Shown in pieces: positions 58,833 to 64,000 of a stretch of DNA of 64,000 nucleotides. The DNA is taken from the NCBI GenBank assembly GCA_037441675.1, contig JBBIRS010000001.1, positions 32,001-96,000 on the forward strand. Reading direction: 5' to 3'. A program made the position numbers and the translations under genes. Below the pieces are notes generated by a model. The model saw nothing but the letters and a program-made list of their open reading frames with translations, was not told where the DNA came from and made no database searches. This DNA comes from Planctomycetales bacterium. GTDB lineage: Bacteria; 4484-113. How positions within the stretch are numbered: position 1 is the stretch's first letter; each line of letters opens with the position of its first letter.

Positions 58833-58976
58833 TTCTTCTCTAAATAGTGTTATAATTATACAACTAACTAGTGCCCAAGGTAGCGGATAGTTTTATGATT
58901 ACCTCGTGGTGCTGTTAGAGCTGATATATTTGGCTAATAAGAGGTTAACAGATAGAAAAATTTGGGGAGGTTTATT

Positions 58977-61283
58977 ATGAGAAGGGTAACAGCATTAATC
59001 TTCGTTATTTTTTTAATAGCCTCTTGTAGTGGGGCTAAAAGTATTAGCCCGACACCTTCAAAGGACTTAGGAAATTCATCTTTTTCCGTTACTCCTGTTG
59101 AAGTTAAAGGTTCATCTGAATTTTCCGTGAGTCTCAGGGGGGACGAGGCAAATCCAGTCCTTTCCATTCGGGCTGAGAATGCGGATAATCTTCGTGGTGT
59201 TGCTCTCTACGTTATTTTGCCATCCAATGATTATGAAGTAGTTAATGTAGAGTTTTCTGATTTTCTAGGGACACCTGATTCAACCATAACCTTTACCGCA
59301 GACCCACAGGGTAACGAATTGCCAATAGCCCTATTCCGTATTCACCCTGAGGAAGTTACAGGTGTCAGTGGAAGCGGTGAGTTGGCAAAGATTTTCTTGG
59401 AGAAAAGAGAATCTGCTTCTTCCCGCTCGGTTTCCAAAGCGCCCTCCGGTGACAATAACAAAGTTACAGACCTAACCCTCGTTCCTGCTGGTGATAATTT
59501 ATACAACCTTACCTGGAAAGAGAAAAATATAGGCGATTACAACAATAACGGCAAAGTAGAGATCTCCGACGTTTCGCCACTTGCAGCTGAATTTTTGAAA
59601 ACGCGCGCCCAGATGCCCCCGGAAAAGCAAGAGCTTTTTGACATTCTTGATGGCAACGGAAATGACAGAATAGAAATTGGAGACATTGCGCCTCTAGCTG
59701 GAAATTTCTTCTCTGAATGTATTGGTTACGATGTTTACAGTAATGGTAGTTTTATAGGGTTCGCCCCGCGACCTCAGTCTCCGCCAAGAGATTTTCGTGT
59801 TCAGTATCAGTATGGACAGGTTTCTGTATCCGGTGTAACAGAGTTCAATGTTGCGCCAAAGGACAGTCGCGGGAATGTCGGCGTCACGAGTGCTCCCGCG
59901 GTTATTTCTTCCACTGGTGAGCCTCCTTCCGCCCCAACTGGGCTGACCGCTGAGGCTAATGCGGTCATTGGCTTTGGTAAGATAAAACTCACGTGGAACC
60001 GCAACGATGAAGCTGACCTCGCAGGATATCGCATCTATCGTCGTCTTAGTGGAGAGACTTCATTCGGATCTCCTATTGGTGTTAGACCCCCAAGCCAAAC
60101 CTCCTACACGGATACTGACCTGCAGGTTGATACAACCTACGAGTATGCAGTTAGCGCCTACAACACACTTTCGCAAGAATCAGACTTGTCTAGCATTGTT
60201 TCAGCAACTCCATATTATCCCGACCCGCCTATTGCCCCAGTAATATCCGTCACGGGTGATAATCTACCCGAGGGAAGAATTGATGTCAGTTGGAGCTACG
60301 GAGGCAGCCTTGAGTATGTCGTAAACTTTGAATTGGAGAGGAAGGCTGAAGACGAACCAAGCTTCACTCTCTTATCCACGCTAGATAAGTCGGTAACCAC
60401 TTATAACGATACGGGACTAACAATGGGCAAGCTCTACACTTACAGAATTCGTGCACTTGACCAATGGGGCAGAGCGGGAAGCTATTCCAACGAAGACAGT
60501 GACACTCCCGGTGAAGCTCCACCAGAGCCTGCGAACATTATTTCACTCACGACAAATCGCTACACCTTTGGCCCAGAAGGTGGCACCGCTACCCTTACCG
60601 CAGTTGTAGAGCCTTCCGATGCCACGATTCAGTGGTCTGCCACCGCTGGAACCATTTCAGGTTCTGGAAGTGTCGTTACCTGGTCTTCGCCCGGTGGCGG
60701 CGCTCAAAAGGTAACCGTTACTTGCAGTGCATCCGCAGCTGGTGGTGATGACGCGGAGACAATAGACCTCGTTGTTACTACACTTGATCTAATTGCTCCT
60801 GCTCCGCTATTTACCCAGTACTCTTACAATCATCATGCGAACTACCCGTTTGTAAATTACATCAACCAACACCGGGTTATTACGTTAAACTTCTGGGCTT
60901 ATTGGTGTGGCCCTTGCCTTGCGGAGTTTCCATTTATGAGTGCTTTAATAAACAACTACAACTCCGCTGGATATGACCACATAGGTGTGCACATTGATGT
61001 CCGCGACCTAACGTGGGAAGAAATTGAGGATTGGTACGTTAGTTACAACGGTGGTGCCCTTACAAACTGGACCGATTGGTACAGGGATGGTGCCGGCGGT
61101 TGGGATTCACCTGTGTTTGTTGCTTATAGGGCTATCTCTGGCTATCCCGCTGGCATACCGCAAACCTATCTCATTGATAGAGATGGGAATATTAGGTTTA
61201 CATTTTACGGTTCAATTACTGGTGAAAACGAGCGCATTTATGAGAACAACGTTCGTCAGCTTTTAGGTTTGCCACCGCTTTAG
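58977..61283 (+). CDS. Surface lipoprotein: cohesin-like, dockerin-like, 2x FN3, Ig-like and TlpA-type thioredoxin domains
   Basis: Lipobox LIASC; paired GDYNNNGKVEISD / DGNGNDRIEIGD; FN3 signatures; NFWAYWCGPC and IPQTYLID; GGAGG before ATG 58977. Confidence 0.8.
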   Translation: MRRVTALIFVIFLIASCSGAKSISPTPSKDLGNSSFSVTPVEVKGSSEFSVSLRGDEANPVLSIRAENADNLRGVALYVILPSNDYEVVNVEFSDFLGTPDSTITFTADPQGNELPIALFRIHPEEVTGVSGSGELAKIFLEKRESASSRSVSKAPSGDNNKVTDLTLVPAGDNLYNLTWKEKNIGDYNNNGKVEISDVSPLAAEFLKTRAQMPPEKQELFDILDGNGNDRIEIGDIAPLAGNFFSECIGYDVYSNGSFIGFAPRPQSPPRDFRVQYQYGQVSVSGVTEFNVAPKDSRGNVGVTSAPAVISSTGEPPSAPTGLTAEANAVIGFGKIKLTWNRNDEADLAGYRIYRRLSGETSFGSPIGVRPPSQTSYTDTDLQVDTTYEYAVSAYNTLSQESDLSSIVSATPYYPDPPIAPVISVTGDNLPEGRIDVSWSYGGSLEYVVNFELERKAEDEPSFTLLSTLDKSVTTYNDTGLTMGKLYTYRIRALDQWGRAGSYSNEDSDTPGEAPPEPANIISLTTNRYTFGPEGGTATLTAVVEPSDATIQWSATAGTISGSGSVVTWSSPGGGAQKVTVTCSASAAGGDDAETIDLVVTTLDLIAPAPLFTQYSYNHHANYPFVNYINQHRVITLNFWAYWCGPCLAEFPFMSALINNYNSAGYDHIGVHIDVRDLTWEEIEDWYVSYNGGALTNWTDWYRDGAGGWDSPVFVAYRAISGYPAGIPQTYLIDRDGNIRFTFYGSITGENERIYENNVRQLLGLPPL

Positions 61284-61310
61284 CCATAGTGTACGTCTCT
61301 AATACCCATT

Positions 61311-61343
61311 AGGGCGGGGTTTCATCCCCGCCCTTTTCTTTTT
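61311..61343 (+). terminator. Rho-independent terminator
   Basis: AGGGCGGGG-TTTCAT-CCCCGCCCT stem followed by a T-rich tract, 28 nt after the stop codon. Confidence 0.88.
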
Positions 61344-61373
61344 GGTTCAATGTATCATAGGTTCAATGTATCA
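61344..61373. repeat. 14-bp direct repeat GGTTCAATGTATCA x2
   Basis: Exact copies at 61344-61357 and 61360-61373. Confidence 0.85.
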
Positions 61374-61416
61374 GGGAGTCAAAACGCTTAGGCTTTGTCT
61401 TTGAGATGAGTGCTAT

Positions 61417-63648
61417 TTACAGATGCCTGCCCTGTTCCTCCGAGCCCTTCTCAAAATCCCTAGGCACCAATAGTTCTCTATTCCCTTCCCTATTGGGGGG
61501 GCTTACGACGCCCATCCTCTCCATCTGCTCCATTATCCTAGCCGCGCGGTTGTAACCTATCTTTAGCCTCCTTTGCAGAAGAGAAGTGGATGCCCTTCCA
61601 GCGGAAATTACTATCTCATAAGCTTGGCTATAAAGTGGGTCTAATTCCTCCGAGTCCGTCTCTTCCGCGTCAAGCTCTTCCTCCGTCTCAAGTAGAGAAA
61701 TAGTTCCCAGATACTCAGGTTGAGCCTGACCTCTAACAAAATCTGCAACTCGTTTCACTTCATCTTCACGAACCCATGCACCTTGAATTCGTACCGGCTT
61801 AGCATACCCAACTGGAAAATAGAGCATATCTCCACTTCCAAGCAGTTTTTCAGCCCCAGGCATATCAAGAATAGTTCTGCTATCAATTTGGCTCACTACC
61901 GCAAAGCTAATCCTACTTGGAATGTTCATTTTAATGTTGCCGGTGATAACAGTGGTATCAGGTCTTTGGGTTGCAACGATAAGATGAATGCCGGTGGCAC
62001 GAGCTAGGTGAGCAATCCTAGCTATCAATCTTTCAAAAACAGGACCTGCAGACTTTATTAAATCCGCAAGCTCGTCCACCACGAGTAAAATATACGGAAG
62101 CCTTTCCTCCTCACTAGCCCTCTCATTAAAACCGTCAATGTTTCTAGCTCCGGCCTGTTCAAAAATGATTAAGCGATTTTCCATCTCGGAAACCACCCAT
62201 CTGAGTGCCCCCTGAGCTTCATTTATCGTGTGGACAATAGGCGTTGCCAGATGCGGTATCTCCTTAAAGACGCTTAGCTCAACCCTCTTTGGATCTATTA
62301 GTATGAACCTCACTGTGGCAGGGGTGTTACGATACAGTAGGGAAACTATAATAGAATTTATGCAAACACTCTTTCCGCTTCCTGTGGAGCCTGCAATCAA
62401 TAGGTGATGCATATGGTGGATATTGCCAATCACGGGCTTTCCAGCCAGGTCTCTGCCTACTGGAAAAGCCAGGGGATGAGTGGCGGTGCGTAATTCATGA
62501 GACTCAATTAAAGCTCTGAGAGAAATTTTGTTAAATTTTGAGTTTGGAACTTCTATTCCAACCGCGCTTTTCCCAGGTATTGGCGTATCAAGTCTAACCG
62601 CAGGAACAGCGAGCTCAAGGGCTAAGTTATCCGCTAAATAATGAAGTCTATTAATATTAATGCCAGGACCTATTTTCGCCTCAAATCGGGTTACTCTTGG
62701 TCCTACCTCCCAGCCAAGGACTTGAACGGATATGTTAAACGATGATAGTGTTTTCTCAATAATACTTGCGTTTCGCTTTAATGCTTCCTCTGACACGGGA
62801 GAAAATGGTGTATCTTCTAAAAGCTCTATCGGTGGTAACCTATAATCAACACTCGGAGGCACTACATGAAGCTGTCCCCTTCTCGCATCCATTTTAGTTT
62901 CGGCGGATACATTTGTTTTAGTAGCTGGTGCTTCCATTGAATCTTTCGCCTTAGTACTAAGCTCTTCTATGTCTTCCCCTTGATAGTTGCTTCCAGGTAT
63001 GGTGTGCTCCCAATTTGCTTCTTCCTCATTAAGCGAGATTGTCTCACTTCCTTCAGACTCTTCTTCATCAAAAGTTTCATCTACTAATACATTCTTTAGG
63101 CTTTTTTCTCTCACATTTTGCGAGAACTCCGAAAGCGTCTTCTCAGTTGCTTGAAGGAAAGGAACGATTAAAGCACGACCAGTAAAAAGAACCAGTAGCG
63201 CTACTGTGATAGCGATAGTCACGATTGGATAAAAGATGCCAAGGTAAGGCTCTTTAATGAGCTCTCTAAAGAATCCGCCGACTATTCCACCCGCATTACT
63301 AAATCCGCCACCAAAACTACCAAGCAGTAGGGTAAAGGAGAACAGAAGAATTCCGAATTTGAATATCCATAGCCCCGCTCTCCCGCGAATTTTTAAGGGT
63401 AATGCGGTTAGAGCAATGAGAAGGATTTGAATTGGCACCAAATAGCTCGCTAAGCCAAGGTATCCTACTATGAAATCTCTAATTAGCTGACCTGTTGTCC
63501 CTGTTTTTTCAGGAAATAATAGCACTAAGACGCTGGCTATAAATAATAGGAATAGGGCAAGTGCCAATATATCAAGAAGAACGTCAGGCTTGATCGAAGA
63601 CGCCTTATTACGCCGGCGGGTTTGCCGACTTCTCGCCTTAGAAGGCAT
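61417..63648 (-). CDS. ftsK: DNA translocase FtsK/SpoIIIE
   Basis: N-terminal TMs, AGSTGSGKS, IDPKRVEL, VDELADL, ATQRP, gamma domain QRRLKIGYNRAAR. Confidence 0.96.
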   Translation of the reverse strand: MPSKARSRQTRRRNKASSIKPDVLLDILALALFLLFIASVLVLLFPEKTGTTGQLIRDFIVGYLGLASYLVPIQILLIALTALPLKIRGRAGLWIFKFGILLFSFTLLLGSFGGGFSNAGGIVGGFFRELIKEPYLGIFYPIVTIAITVALLVLFTGRALIVPFLQATEKTLSEFSQNVREKSLKNVLVDETFDEEESEGSETISLNEEEANWEHTIPGSNYQGEDIEELSTKAKDSMEAPATKTNVSAETKMDARRGQLHVVPPSVDYRLPPIELLEDTPFSPVSEEALKRNASIIEKTLSSFNISVQVLGWEVGPRVTRFEAKIGPGININRLHYLADNLALELAVPAVRLDTPIPGKSAVGIEVPNSKFNKISLRALIESHELRTATHPLAFPVGRDLAGKPVIGNIHHMHHLLIAGSTGSGKSVCINSIIVSLLYRNTPATVRFILIDPKRVELSVFKEIPHLATPIVHTINEAQGALRWVVSEMENRLIIFEQAGARNIDGFNERASEEERLPYILLVVDELADLIKSAGPVFERLIARIAHLARATGIHLIVATQRPDTTVITGNIKMNIPSRISFAVVSQIDSRTILDMPGAEKLLGSGDMLYFPVGYAKPVRIQGAWVREDEVKRVADFVRGQAQPEYLGTISLLETEEELDAEETDSEELDPLYSQAYEIVISAGRASTSLLQRRLKIGYNRAARIMEQMERMGVVSPPNREGNRELLVPRDFEKGSEEQGRHL

Positions 63649-64000
63649 AACCTTAGAATACTATACCAAAAAGCTATTTTCAATGTGAGGTTCTTTATTT
63701 CTTGACTTAATTCGAGAGAGTATTTTTGATTGGGATGAAAGCTTGGGAAAGTATAAATATGGTAGTTGAAACTGCCTAAATAGTGTAAAACCTTGGGGTA
63801 TCCTCTGGTTAAATCGGTAGTTGTTATAGGCAAAAAATTATTTTTTATGGATAGTGCAAATATCAGAAATGTGTGTTATATTATTTAGGCTAGATTAGAA
63901 AAAAAAATTACGGTAGTTATTGCAAGAGGAAAAGATTTACAAAGATGCCGGGAGGATGTCTGTTTAGAGGTTGGCATAAATTACATTCTTGTGTTAAACT

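Noticed and set aside
63537..63833. 98-aa minus-strand ORF overlapping the ftsK start
   Set aside because: Out of frame with ftsK, spans its promoter, and has no protein-like features
1..64000. CRISPR arrays, IS/transposases, integrase at the tRNA, prophage, rRNA, clustered DnaA boxes, selenoprotein readthrough
   Set aside because: None seen on reading: no repeat-spacer periodicity, no recombinase or phage ORFs, no tRNA 3'-end duplication, and redox motifs use Cys

Overview
Gene-dense chromosomal window from a low-to-moderate GC, probably anaerobic bacterium, with about 55 CDS and one tRNA-Arg(UCG). I saw no mobile elements, CRISPR array or rRNA. Most genes are housekeeping (topA, gyrB, asnS, ftsK, parB, lexA, ndk, rpsT, purE/purH/purN, folC/folP, deoB/deoC, fabF/fabG, tsaD). 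Also present: lipid A/LPS genes (lpxA, lpxL-like, lptB, MsbA-like), competence genes (dprA, comEC), hydrogenase maturation genes (hypA, hypC, hypD), a 2-oxoacid:ferredoxin oxidoreductase and a pentaheme cytochrome c. Firmicutes-type features (TRAP, Rex box, Cheo-like SOS box, YycJ-like protein) co-occur with LPS genes, which suggests an uncultured diderm Terrabacteria-like lineage (inference). The most notable observations are: (1) a TRAP/MtrB homologue with intact RNA-binding residues but an altered Trp pocket, leading an mtrB-hypA-tsaD cluster; (2) -10 boxes 5-9 nt before many start codons, suggesting widespread leaderless transcription; (3) a fabG that appears to need a CTG start; (4) a Rex box before a divergent ald plus CoA-transferase pair; (5) a cohesin/dockerin/FN3/thioredoxin surface lipoprotein with a structured leader; (6) an exported Gly/Asp-repeat plus HEAT-repeat gene pair. 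All calls come from reading motifs by eye; no database searches were run.
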